A DNA stretch of 64,000 nt from Tubulanus polymorphus (lineage: Eukaryota; Animalia; Nemertea), in NCBI RefSeq assembly GCF_964204645.1, contig NC_134033.1, forward strand, positions 13,090,655 to 13,154,654, written 5' to 3'. Both the position numbers and the translations under genes were made by a program. Below are positions 1-11,885 of the stretch, one piece after another (within the stretch, counting starts at the first letter, position 1; each line of letters opens with the position of its first letter). The notes under the pieces are model-generated. The model worked only from the letters and a program-made list of their open reading frames with translations. It did not search any database and was not told where the DNA came from.

Positions 1-714
1 CGGCGTTTTTGAAAGTAGACGAGCGCGGGGGTGTATTGGGGGCGGGTCGTCGCTGTAAATTCTCATGAGATGTTGTCGAATCGCGTCCAATTACTAAACG
101 CTTCGATTGTCAACAATTGTCGATATTCCGCTTTTAGAATAATTGGTTATTTTCTGAAAAAATGCTCGGGCAATCGTGTATATGTAGTTCAGACTGGCTG
201 TTCTCGATTCTCGACACTTTTTTGCCGAATAGAAACTGATTTGATCCCAACTGTTCTTGATAATCTACACTTATTTGATCCTTATGAAGAAAAAAAAGCA
301 GTTGCAATTCGTAGCAAATAGGTCCTGTGCCGGAGTCACGCTCTCTCTCTTCCTCTACCCTCTTTACTACCCCTATCTTCCTCTCCGTCTCTCCTAGGTA
401 CATCCTATACCTCTTTTTATTCGTCGCTCTTTGCTTATTTTTTCGCTCACCTCATTCACATTACCGTCACTAACTAGCTCGTGAGAACGTATTTCGAAGA
501 AAATTGCAGCGACGCATGAGTAAGGAATTGAAAATGAAAAATCCACCCATCAGCGCTATTACTACGCCGTTAATACCTTCTGCATTTGTCGTAGAGACAT
601 TCAGTGATTTGTAGCCAGACGAAGGCGAACTGTGAATGTTATCAGATATTATCAGTTAAACCTTTTTTCATGTAGAATTTCCCGGTCTTACTTAACAGTA
701 CATTTCCTTCATCA

Positions 715-957
715 TAGCCGCGATCACATAAGTGTTTTTGACCCCTGCCAAATATTACCAGGAACAACCGCTGAAATGAATGCCATATGAGCCCATGCCT
801 ATTTGGCCCGGGCTAAATTTGTCCCACAAAAATCGAGGTCTGCGCCAAATCTACAATGGTTTACATGCTCTCTTATTATGCGGGGGCCAAATTTGTCTCT
901 GTCCTGATCCGTGCCAATTTGACGCAGGCCAAATCGTCTCCTTGTGATCACAGCTCA
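715..957. mobile_element. MITE family C (termini TA-GCCGCGATCACA...TGTGATCRCAGC-TA; TA-target type)
   Basis: Terminal inverted repeats plus internal GGCCCGGGC(C/T)AAATTTG and CCAAATCGTCTCC blocks shared with the copy at 11377. Confidence 0.75.
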
Positions 958-2012
958 TATTTGCAATCATGTATCGGAATAAGGAAACTTGAATTGAAGT
1001 TGAATTGATACTGGCCTCAGTTCTCATATTGGTAGGATTTGAATCTTGATGAATGACTTGAATTGAATCAACAATCACTTGACTTATCTTAATGTTATAT
1101 CATAAGAATCATTGTGTGAGTACTTCCGTCCGTCCTCGGGGACCGTGCTCAAAAGAAAGTCTTCTTGTCACGATGGCCAGTGATGTGCATGCCTACTCTC
1201 TGAGAGAGGTTCCGGTTTGTCTCCGGAGGTTTAAGATGGAGCTGTAATTTAGTGTGTACCCCTCATGTTTACTCGTAATACACACAGGATCCTAACACTA
1301 TAATTAGCTACGTGACCATTCTTAGTACAGTGATCACAACCACATAGTCACCGGGGGACGCAGGGCACTGCTGTTACAACACACTCTTCCGATATAGCTA
1401 GGGCTATGTTCTTTTCATCGTTGACCTATAGCATTTTTTAAACAAGCCCTTTAGCTGTATAGATCTGTTTAAAAGTTAAATTGGCTTAGACTTAGTGCAC
1501 TTAATATTTAGGTGTTATCTAGGATAATGGTTAATTGTGGGTACATTAAGTAAAACGTTCTATTTTGTCGGATGATATTAGTCTTCCGTCTGCTGTTCAT
1601 ATCTCTTTACCCCAATACAAACCCTCTACCCCTGATGGAAGCGAATCTCTGAAATCGGAGTGTAAAATATAGATGACTGAATTTACAGAATTTTCGATTT
1701 TAATCTGAGTACATAGTGGAAATTCCTATTCTGGTTTGGGTAAAAGAAATATTGCAGAAAAGTTTGTAAAATTTCAATTGGAATTGAAGCAAGGGGACAG
1801 AACCTGGTGGTGGATCCTCACTTGCCACCGCGCCGTTAATTCAAGGTCTACGTTAGATATATTTTTGTACTCTACTGCAACGCCATTGAACGTATTTCGT
1901 CGCAATAATTTCCATTACGTTTGCTTTCCTGACGGCAGCGACTGAGATTGGTAAGATTCTATTATCGACAGGACGCGTGGAAACAGTGGAAACGGTGGAA
2001 ACAGTGTCGCGT

Positions 2013-2039
2013 TCTCTCTCTCTCTCTCTCTCTCTCTCT
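2013..2039. repeat. (CT)n microsatellite
   Basis: Seen directly. Confidence 0.95.
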
Positions 2040-2326
2040 TGGTGAATTGATGAAGATGAATGACATTATGATAAAACTGCGGACAACATATTTACTGTCT
2101 CTCGTAGTTAGTTATACGACAATTTCGATCAATTTACGTGTAGGTCGCGAAAGCGCACAAAGGCAAGCGAATATTCACCCTTTCAACTCGACGAGTTTTC
2201 ACTTTTTTTGCTCATCGAATAATGCGATGAAAATAGAAAAGAAAAATAAAGTCGTTAGAATTAATGAATAAGAAATCCCACAATCTTTGAAAAACTCAAA
2301 AGTTTCTTGGAAATATTAGAAATATT

Positions 2327-2480
2327 CTAGGTGGCTTTCAAAATCATGATCAAGCTAACCATAACAAACTTGGCAGTTAGAGAAATGATAACAAATTTTA
2401 TTGCAATTTTTTAAAATCACCAGACCTATTAGGAGAAACAAGGTATCTTTTTTTAGCCAGACCATTAACAATTTTCCGCA
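2327..2480. repeat. Interspersed repeat (second copy at ~30220-30420)
   Basis: AATCATGATC(A/G)AGCTAACCATAACAAAC...ATTAGGAGAAACA(A/T)GGTATC...TTTTAGCC at both loci. Confidence 0.7.
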
Positions 2481-3371
2481 AAAAAAGTATCTCAGAATAA
2501 AATGAAATCCTTTCAAGCTTACGCAGTGCATCAAATGTAGCCTGAAGCGTTTTTACAGATTACTACGTTGGTAAAATCATTATCTTATATATTAATAAGT
2601 TTGATTAATTTGTTGCAAACGATGAAATGCGTGATGGCGACAGAGGCAGCGTGCGTAAGCAAATCATTCCGATCGCAGGAATTAATTGCTAAAATTCCCT
2701 ACAAGTGCCGACTATGAGGTACATTACGATATTCAATGTGACTTTGAAGTTATGGATATGATTGAAGAGGCGTATTGCTCGCCGAGGGTGTTAAGCTGTC
2801 GGTCATGCAGAGCTGCTGCCAACTAACTGTTCCTGATTTTCAGTATTGTTACTATCCTATAACGAGAAATACTGATTTGATTTGTTTGATTCGTATAGAA
2901 ATACGCAAGATATTACCGAGGGTCTTACCATTGATTACTGATTAATTTGAACATATTTCAATGAATTATTACTGATGAAAATTCATTTTGTTGCTGATAG
3001 CACTATTCAGAGGTCATTGGTCTGTTAACTCAATCTAGGGTGCATGTGTTCACCGAGTTTCTTCCCTCCCCTATAAGAGATAAATCGATTTCGTGTTTCA
3101 AACCTGCTAACAATGCCCTAGGCCCTTTTTAGATTTACTCCTACACATTGATTCAACAAGATAATCTTGAGTTTTAATGAAGAAACTAAAGCGATTTGAA
3201 AATTAATCTGTTTGTAAAACCTTGGTTGGGGCCCTGAGTCGTGCTCAAGGGGTTTTACGGATCGAAAAAAGTATTGGAATAGCCCACTGAAACGTGGAGA
3301 ATAGATGAGATTGAAACGCACCATATAAGAATTTGTAAGATTAAAAATGAGTGGGAAGAGAACTGCATCCC

Positions 3372-3445
3372 GATGTACTCATTCTTGATGTACTCATTTT
3401 CGATGTACTCAATCCTGATGTACTCATTCTCGACGTACTCATTCA
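3372..3445. repeat. 15-bp tandem repeat (GATGTACTCATTCTT-like) x5
   Basis: Seen directly. Confidence 0.9.
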
Positions 3446-6400
3446 TGATTTCATAAAACCAATGAAATTCTCCACATTCTTTGAAATTCTCTGTACTTAG
3501 AAAACCAAAGCTTATTTTCACTTTTTCATTCACTCCTTTAAACATTAAAAATGAAATTCATTTTATCAAGAATTAAAATCAAACAGGACACAATATTTTT
3601 TTTGAACTCTCTCTAGTGACAAACCATCATCAGGTGTAAAGAAATAACTTTTATTGATTGTGGTTAGCTGTAGTATAGGATATTGTATTATTTGACTAGT
3701 TGATATGTGGACTGTTCGTGATTTTCCATATTTTGTAACAGTTTTTGAGCTGATTTGCTCGAAGGGTTAACAATATATCTCGGCTGATACGTCGTCGTCG
3801 TCGACGATGATTTGATATTTTTTATGCAGCAGCAGCGCCATCAATTTCAGGTAGTAAATTACATAATAAAGCGGTCCGTGTCCAATTTACGTCGTTTGCC
3901 GCGGAAACGACTTACGAGCATCTTTGATCAGCCGAAATTTACCATCTGTCGGCCTTAATTTGCCGTATCACATCACGGCTAGACCCGTGGTGGCTCGGAA
4001 ATCGAGGGTGATGAAATCGGTTCTGAACTTATCGCACCAGATTTCAGTTAGTTTTGTTTTAAATCGACTGTTTTTATTCTTGAAATAAGGAATCGTCACA
4101 CTTATACATATGCTTGATTGATTAGATTTGATATTTCGCTAATTTGTGGTGCGTTCCTTAAAAACCTGCCAGGAATTAAACAAGTGTTTGATTTCGAAAC
4201 CAGAAATCTAAGTAAAGATATTGCTGGATAGTTGATTGAATTTACAGAATGTGTTTTTTTTTCTTATTGAAATACATAAGTGCAATTTTTAGTGTTATTA
4301 CTCATCTCTAACAATTAATTAATATAAAAGTATCAGTATCTGAATTTTGGGATGAATTCAACATTCTTGAAAGATGATTACATGTGTGATACAGTTTCTT
4401 TCAACTTTTGTTTGCTGATCAGGAAAAGGGTATAAAAGGGATTGGGCTTCTTCAGGGTTTTATGGGTGAATGAATACCCCCATTTCTAAGCTAACCTCGT
4501 CGTCAGTTCAGTAAATCTTTGTACAGATTCATTCGCCATCTATGATATGAAAATATCTTCACTTCAGCACTTATTCAAGAGTAGTTCGTTCTCCATAAGA
4601 TAGATGGCGAGCTTGTGAGAATTGTGGTCGGATTTTCTTCCACTAATTTCTCGATTTTCTGCATGATCCAAAATCACTCGATGTGGAACCTGCATGAAAT
4701 TCAGCAGCGAAGAAATGAAAAGATCATCATTTTAACTAACATTCATTTAATTATTTATTTGGGATTTTTTCGGGTTTTTCCGCGGTTTTTTAAATGCCAT
4801 ATTGTAATAATTTTACATTTTTAATATATACCAATAATGATAATAACATTTATACACTTACGTATCAAATACAAATGTCAATATGCAAATGTCATTTTGC
4901 GAAGTTTTCGGCCAGAATTTAAAATTTTTGATTTCCACTCAAGCAAATTAGCTTCACCCGTGGAGCTATTTTATCTGAGCAATTTGAGCCATATCTTCTT
5001 GAATATGCCTTTGTAGTTGAAATTAAAAAAGAATATCTCCGAAATTGCGGAGCATCTTTATTGAGGTCTAGATTTAAATTCAACTTTCAGGCAGTTTCAG
5101 ATTTTTAAGGAAATTAGTCCGCGCTTAAAATGACACTATTAGAAATAAAAACTCTGGCCGTATCAAACATAATGATGTTTCATATCATTTGTTGATGACG
5201 CTGAGGTTTAATGATAGATGATTGACCCAGCCATGTACAGGGTAACAACGCTTTGATGCTACAAAACCTAATAAAGGCAGATATTTTGGAGGACTTTCTT
5301 TTGAGCATTAAATGAGAAGAATAACAGTTCTACAAATCATGGATAAATTGTCTCGTTAACATTTGTCAATCAATGACTCGCAACGCAAGAATTATTTTTC
5401 AGTTTTTTGGCGAGAAAATTACTTATGAAGAAATACGGGAGTTGCGACCATTCTTAAGAATTTTTAAGGTCACATCCGGGACATTTTTTAGTCCCAGACA
5501 GAAGTTGAGTGATAACGCAGTCTTATGAGTCTGCACCAGTTAAACTGGAAATTTCTATTTCTTGGATAAGGGGTATATATGTATCCCATTATTGCTCCCA
5601 TTCTAGTGTTGGAATGTTTTTTGAATTTGATTCTGATATACAGTTATGCATGTAAGCTTTCTCTATAGTGAGACAGAGATTTGTGTCATGGAATAAGCTT
5701 TTGGACTGAATTAAGTTAGGTTCACACTAAAGACTTATTAATAGAATTTCTTTTTTGCTAAATCCATCAACGACCTGCCGAGCACCAGTCCATGACATAA
5801 GTGGATTCAGGGTTTCTCCTTTTTTTTCGCTTAGTGTTTGTTCTAACTCTGCCACTAGCAAAATTCAAACCCATAAACAAGAAACCAGTAAAATTCTGAG
5901 TGCTACAACTAAGATGCAAACTCTTGAACTTGTCCTTGGATTGACGAAAGACCGGTTAAAAGACCAACCCATCAACATCGTGAATCCTTGATTGACAAGG
6001 CCAGTGACCATTGGCTTAAAGCAATCGGCCACCATCATCAAGAAAGTTAGTCGATGTCTATGCCCTTTTTCCTCCGCACAGAAATCTGAAGACTTCACAT
6101 GCAGAAAGTCTATACTGTGAACAAAGCTCTTATCGTGTGCATAAAATCTATAACTCACTAAGTGTACATATCTCTGTGCTATTCAGTCCTCGGTCATGTG
6201 TAACCTGACGCAAACAAACGACTATAATCTAAAATCATCCCTGAATAGTTTTTCCATTAATTAATATTTGACTTCATCGTTAATTATGGTAATGATAGTA
6301 ACGATAATGATTATCATTATCATTAATATTTCGATAAAAAAATGTGCATTTTACTGTCAACACGTTTTCACTCATGTGCTTTAAATAATACAATATTCTC

Positions 6401-6459
6401 TTTGTTATTTTTTTGATATATAATATAATATTTATAATTATATTTATACGAATCTCTAA

Positions 6460-6469
6460 TTTATTTATT
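6460..6469 (-). promoter_or_regulatory. Overlapping AATAAA polyadenylation signals ~35 nt after the stop codon (the UTR may be longer; further AATAAA near 5057 and 3650)
   Basis: Plus-strand TTTATTTATT = minus-strand AATAAATAAA. The context is AT-rich, so chance occurrence is possible. Confidence 0.3.
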
Positions 6470-6500
6470 TGCTATCGAGTCCCGATTCGCGTTCGACGAA

Positions 6501-7972
6501 TCAGCACGCCGATTCTTTGAATCCGCGGTCGAGGAATAGATTCGCGCTCGGATCGTCGTCGTGAATCGACAGCTGAGACGCCGATTCGGGCTGTTTGATC
6601 ACCGGATTAGCGGCCACGCCGGAGGTAGCGCCACCTACGATATGCCCGTTGTGATTGCACGTAAGCGCCGGCGCCGCTTTGTAAACTTTTCCGCCGTTCG
6701 TGGTGGTTTTCGGCTGCTGCTGCTGCTGCTGCGTGGTCGATGACGCCGCGCCGACTGCGGCAAGCGTTTGTTTATTCTGATTATTGCGGCTATAACGACA
6801 CAGTAACAAACGTATGAACGTAGCGCGGAAGTTACGATTGAAGATGGTGTAGATGATCGGGTTGATCGTGCTGGAGATGTAGCCGAGCCAGAGGAACGCG
6901 ACGAGCAGTTTGTCGTCGAACGTACATTGCAAACACAACGGCGTCATGATGTTCACGATAAAAAATGGCGCCCAACAGATGACGAAAATGGCGAAAACGA
7001 CGCCGAGTACTTTCGCCGCTTTCTGCTCGGTTTTCACCTCTTTTTCTTTCTCGCGTCGTTCGATGGCGTCGCGTCGCTGCAGCATGATCGTCGCCGCTTT
7101 GATCGCCATGCTGTGTTTCTGCACGAGTCCTTTAAAACGTGGCGCCGCGCCGCCGCCCGGCATCGGTATCGTGTTGGAACGCGTCGGCGTGGAGCCGGAC
7201 GTCGCCGTCATCGACAGCGATTCCAGACTACCGGCCGATGCGTTCGATAGCGTCGTCGCTCGGCGTTCGAATTTCTGCGCGGCGCTCGGAGACTCGCATA
7301 TATTATTCTGACTGTCGTGTACGACGTTCGTCAACGGTTCCAACTCGCTGTCGAGGTTACGATCGCCGCAGTTTAACCGACGCGGTAAACGCCCGTTCTG
7401 CGATTTACTATCCCTGAAATTCGCGTGCAACGTTTTGAACGCGGCCGATGCGCGCGAATGCGCGAGCGGCGTTCGCGCCGGTTTCCGTTCGCCGCCGCTG
7501 GACGCGCTACCGCTGCTGTCGGTGCGTTTACGCCGCGTGCTCGTCGACCGTCGGATCATCGGCTGACCCTCCTTCGACGAGCGGCGACATTGCTTCGCTT
7601 TCTTCGACAACAAGTTCACCGTCAACGAGTACGTGATCATCATGACGACGAGCGGTATGAAGAACGCGGTTATCGAGCCGTAGATCGCGAAGTGGTAGTT
7701 GAACATGCCGCAGAAACCGTCGTTCAGTATGTTCGCCGGGTCGTAGATGCCGAGAATCAAGATCGGGCACGCGACGACGAACGACAGCATCCAAACGAGT
7801 AAGATTTTCATGGCGACGACGCGCATCGATTTGTTGCGCATTTTTAACGGGTATTTGATGCCGATGTAACGGTCGAGCGATATCGTGCTCATGTGCAGTA
7901 TCGATGACGTGCACAGCAGTACATCCGACATTATCCAAACGTTGCACAACGCCGCTCCTAATGGCCAATATC
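6501..7972 (-). CDS. HTR2: 5-HT2-family serotonin receptor, last coding exon (TM3-TM7, long ICL3, C-tail, stop)
   Basis: Acceptor TTTCAG|GA (CAG at 7975-7973). G+GA restores Gly in 'EIAG-YWPLG'. Motifs: CNVWIMSDVLLCTSSILHM...SLDRY (D3.32, DRY), TM5 'GSITAFFIPLVVMMITY', TM6 'EQKAAKVLGVVFAIFVICWAPFFIVNI' (N6.55), TM7 'WLGYISSTINPIIYTIFN' (NPxxY). These match the 5-HT2 subfamily. Spliced product is 755 aa. Confidence 0.95.
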
Positions 7973-8457
7973 CTGAAATAATAAACCACAAAGAAAACAT
8001 TAATAAATGGATGCAGGTTTTTTTTTGCACGTTAGACGCTCGCATGATTATAGAAATAACTGCGGCGAACAAAATGGTCTTAGACTGGTCTTTAATGTAA
8101 GGTCTGGTGCCAAGTTAACCGAAACCTATAAGACAGGGGGCAGGGTCTCTGGCTTGGTAAAACTGGACAATTTGAATTAGACAAATTTTACCTAAAACCT
8201 GGAAAACTCGGGAAACTTATGATATGCATTATCAATATGTGATTCATGAAAAATGAATGAATTTGTAACATTTTATATCGAGAAATTTCAATATTCACCT
8301 GTTGATTCCCTTGGGCTATTTTGTGTAATGATACATAAAAATCTGGGAAAACTCATGAATTCGTAAATGGAGAGGGGGAAGTTACAACTCTGTGAGTGGT
8401 TAATAGTGAAAAAATACATTGTAGTTCTTACCAGGGCCAGTTTTCGACTGTAACCTT

Positions 8458-8569
8458 GGGCCCGGTTCCATGGACAAGGCTTAGACTTAAGACCAGTCTC
8501 AGACCAAGTTATATAACCGATCCAACAAATTAAAAAGACCTCTCTCAGTCGCAACTATGGAACTGGCCC
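8458..8569. mobile_element. MITE family A (GGGCC(C)RGTT termini, CTTAAGACCAGTCT core), PIF/Harbinger-like
   Basis: GGGCCCGGTTCCAT...ATGGAACTGGCCC, followed by CAG; same core at 19491, 34312, 63736 and 63878. Confidence 0.7.
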
Positions 8570-9160
8570 CAGGGGATGATTGTTAAAACAGCCTATCTAT
8601 GAAATAGGCCTGTGACTTCACACACACGCGTCTGTTGGAATCAAGTATAATCAATGATGAATGTACTATTTCTAATTCATTATTCACAAATGAAATGATT
8701 AAACATCCAGAGATGCATCTTTTGGGAGCCAAATAAGGGCAGGGTAGAGAGAGAAAGAGAAAGAGTGAGCGAGAGAGAGAGAGAGAAAGAGGGAGAGAAT
8801 CGAATTAATTTCAATGCATTAATCGCTCAACGGGGATTTTGTTTCTTTTTCATCATCATCGTCGTCGTCGTCATCGTCGTCGTGGGCGAGTACATTAGCG
8901 CAGAAATAGAGACAGATGAAATGGAAACCATCGCAGCCATCGCTCCATTTTACAGTAGGGAAGGAGAGAGAGAAGAAAGGAGAGAGAGGAGAGAGAGCTG
9001 TCTTGAAGTAAAGTGATCTAATTTGTAAAATGAAGTAAACGGTCTCCCCGTAACCAAACACTATTAGCAGCTACAGACACGTCTTCCTTTCGTCGTTCTT
9101 TCCGCAAAATTTAAAGTCACATATCAGCGATATAGCGCGATATAGCGCGATATAGCGCAC

Positions 9161-9300
9161 TGGTGCGAATGATGGGTTTGCGTTTATTCCGGGATACCAT
9201 GTTGTGGGTTCGAACCCTGCTTACTCCTGTTGCGCCCGTTGACAAGACACCAGTATAAAACATTACTACGTATATTGCTCTTATGAATGGATGCCTGGTC
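9161..9300 (+). mobile_element. Degenerate tRNA-derived SINE remnant
   Basis: Pol III B-box GGTTCGAACCC followed by TGTTGCGCCCGTTGACAAGACAC, resembling the GTGTCCTTGRGCAAGRCAC block common in metazoan SINEs. No tRNA cloverleaf. Confidence 0.45.
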
Positions 9301-9452
9301 TAGTGCAAATCTGACAATGGCTACTGTTTGAGAGTAGTTAATTCTTTTAAAAGCTCAACTATTCTTAGAAATATCGAAATACCTGTTCATTTTCAACTTT
9401 TTAAAATGACTCATTGTTTGTGAAAACTACTACAATTAGAGATATGGGATAG

Positions 9453-9510
9453 TCTGGTCTGGCCTGGTCCGGTCTGGTCTGGCCTGGTCCGGTCCGGTCT
9501 GGCCTGGTCT
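9453..9510. repeat. Pentamer-based simple repeat (CTGGT/CTGGC/CCGGT)
   Basis: Seen directly. Confidence 0.85.
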
Positions 9511-10531
9511 TGTAGCTCATATTTCATTATTTGACTGATACACGGTTAGTTGTATAGGAGCCTATAATATTACCAGTCACCGATCTCATATCACATATCA
9601 ATATTGCATATAGCGCACATTTTATGATCAAATTTTACTCGCAGCTGTTTAATGAGATTTTGTTTTTTCAAATTTTCATCGATAAGTCATTAGTCAAACA
9701 GAGTGAAGTGACCTCGGTTGCGATTGAAATCGGTCGATCAGTTGCATTACGACGACGCCGGCTTACTCAACAAAAGTTCAATTGATTCGGTTTGAAATCC
9801 ATCTCAATTTGTGCTCATTATTCGATCGCTGACTGCATCATATTTCAATTTATCCATCACAAATAAGAGAGATTGACAGTGAGAAGGGATTTCTGCGGTT
9901 TTGATACCGAGTCAATAGTTCATCAGTTCAGACTGGAGACACGACGAAGGTCTCTTCCCCCTCTTCCACAATCAATGAATTGCTTGTCTGCGTGGATACT
10001 TAGTTTATTGACATGATCCTTTCGTGCCAATCCCAGCAGACTGGTCGGCCCACGATGGGTCTACCAGTCCAAGTGATCCTTACAAGAGACGATGGCTGTT
10101 GATTCGTGCATCAGAATGCCCTGGCATCCCCCATTTGCAGAGATTCAAACCTGTTGACATCACACCTGTTGATATACAAAACCCGCCCTTGTAAACATAT
10201 CTTCTAAGAGCTATAGTTTGAACCTGAAAGCATCAGGAGACTCGGCCACAGGAGAAACCCATCCTCCCCAACTTGCCCTCGTGGACCTGGAGTGCAGGCA
10301 GCTTAGTATTCACCATAAAACAATGTCCAAACCACGATGCTGTTTGTTATAGGCAAGATATGCTGAAATTGATTTTCTACTCATTCGAAAACTGCATGAG
10401 AACTCCATTGTAATACTGCGGCTTTTCTAAACGATAAGTAGAAGAAACGTTTCTTAAGTTCATATTTAGAAGCTAGGTCTGATTGACTATCATAATAATA
10501 GACGATGATGAAGTAAACGAGCGAGAGATAA

Positions 10532-10747
10532 AGCAGTATGCGTCTGCTGCGGTGATCGAGCAGTATGCGTCTGCTGTGGTGATCGAGCAGTGTGCGTCTG
10601 CTGCGGTGATCGAGCAGTATGCGTCTGCTGCGGTGATCGAGCAGTGTGCGTCTGCTGCGGTGATCGAGCAGTATGCGTCTGCTGCGGTGAACGAGCAGTA
10701 TGCGTCTGCTGCGGTGAACGAGCAGTATGCGTCTGCTGCGGTGAACA
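10532..10747. repeat. 27-bp minisatellite x8 (AGCAGTATGCGTCTGCTGCGGTGATCG)
   Basis: Seen directly; explains the repetitive ORFs at 10483, 10490 and 10590. Confidence 0.95.
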
Positions 10748-11376
10748 GATTCTCGTGTTTACTCGGCCGACGAAAACTAGACGCATTCAGCCGTGAACCA
10801 TGTGGCTTGTTATCCCCATTATCCCTCGATCGGTTCTCGAACCACTGTTCAATGACGCGTGAAACGTCACTTCGCCATCTGTCCGTTTGTTCGTCCGCTT
10901 GCGCGCGGTCGTACCTGGATATAACGGCGACGTCAATGAAATCGATGCCCGCTGAGACGAACGATATCGACGGATCGCGTCCTCAATTTTTCTATTCATT
11001 GTACTCGGTTGGTCGGCGCGGCAAATGAAGCTTACGACGACGGCGATTGTCCGATCGGAATGAACGGAAATGACGGACAAAATGACGGCATTATCATATC
11101 TGTAATGGAATCGAGATTATTTCATTGATCTTCGTGCGAATCGTATTTTGTTCCGACGACTCGGAGAAAATTGCCCGACGCGGTTACGAGATGTCGGCTG
11201 CAGAATTCCGAAGCTACTTCAGTTTTGAATGAATCGCCGCGATCGACCCCTCGATCCCCGATCAATCGCAGTTTCCGATCAATCGCAGTTTTGTCTTTTT
11301 TGGAAGGGGCCGCAACCAGGCAGTTCGGCCAGTGTCGGATTTGAATAGACAATACTGAACCAAGTTCCACACACTA

Positions 11377-11473
11377 TAGCCGCGATCACACAAGCATTTT
11401 TGGCCCGGGCCAAATTTGGCCTGATCCGTGCCAATTTGGCCCAGACCAAATCGTCTCCATGTGATCGCAGCTA
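11377..11473. mobile_element. MITE family C, short internally deleted copy with TA on both sides
   Basis: TAGCCGCGATCACA...TGTGATCGCAGCTA. Confidence 0.8.
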
Positions 11474-11544
11474 ATCAATCTTTCCATTTGCCGTTATAAA
11501 TCAAACCCTGCCAATCCATAAATCCTAATGAATGTAGATAGAAA

Positions 11545-11885
11545 TATGAGAGGAAAAATGCCAGAGGTAAATATCCTAAAGGTAAATATGCTAAAGGTAA
11601 ATATGCGAGAGGAAAAAATGCAAAAGGTAAATATGCCAGAATGAAACATGCCAGAATAAACTGATATATCAATATTATACTATATCTATTAAGACAAATG
11701 AAATTTATAGTTGAGGATGCAATGAACACGATCATTGTATGGATAAATCTAACGTTTGATTATAAATTCTCCGCAATTTTTCTCCAGGCATTTTTACCTC
11801 TGGCAATTTTACCCATTGGATTATTACCTGTGGCAATTTTACTTTTTCCTATTGCATTTTTACCTCTGGCGTTACTATTGCCCGA
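11545..11885. mobile_element. Foldback-like element: ~15-bp repeat arrays in inverted orientation
   Basis: Left array AGGTAAATATGC(C/T)A(A/G)A; right array GGCA(A/T)TTTTACCTCT. Confidence 0.6.

Noticed and set aside
1104-1420. Repeat- or SINE-like composition
   Set aside because: No second copy, TIR or Pol III boxes found in the window, so it cannot be classified.
5755-6158. Short ORFs downstream of the receptor stop codon
   Set aside because: No recognisable homology; probably 3' UTR or intergenic sequence.
7973-8072. N-terminal 33 aa of the 523-aa ORF (MFAAVISII...FIIS)
   Set aside because: Starts at TTG, has no TM2 similarity and lies upstream of the TTTCAG acceptor, so it is intronic open frame.
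6561-8100. Multiple plus-strand and alternative-frame ORFs over the last coding exon (and 40513-40890 over the first)
   Set aside because: Shadow ORFs caused by GC/CpG-rich codon usage; no recognisable domains.
9161-9225. tRNA gene at B-box motifs (also ~13260 and ~60347)
   Set aside because: No acceptor stem or cloverleaf can be built; treated as SINE remnants.
9900-10345. Possible decayed LINE (RTE-like) 3' end: minus-strand WFGH peptide
   Set aside because: Only a 4-residue motif with no continuous frame; needs tBLASTn or Dfam to decide.
10483-11028. Repeat-protein-like ORFs (AAVIEQYAS)n; also (SLLPPYT)n at 34431, (TRPDSRDPTHETRL)n at 54953, KPTQLWNW at 20661-21404, and poly-ER/SL/IY ORFs
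   Set aside because: Translations of mini- and microsatellites that are open in several frames, with no splice or start context.
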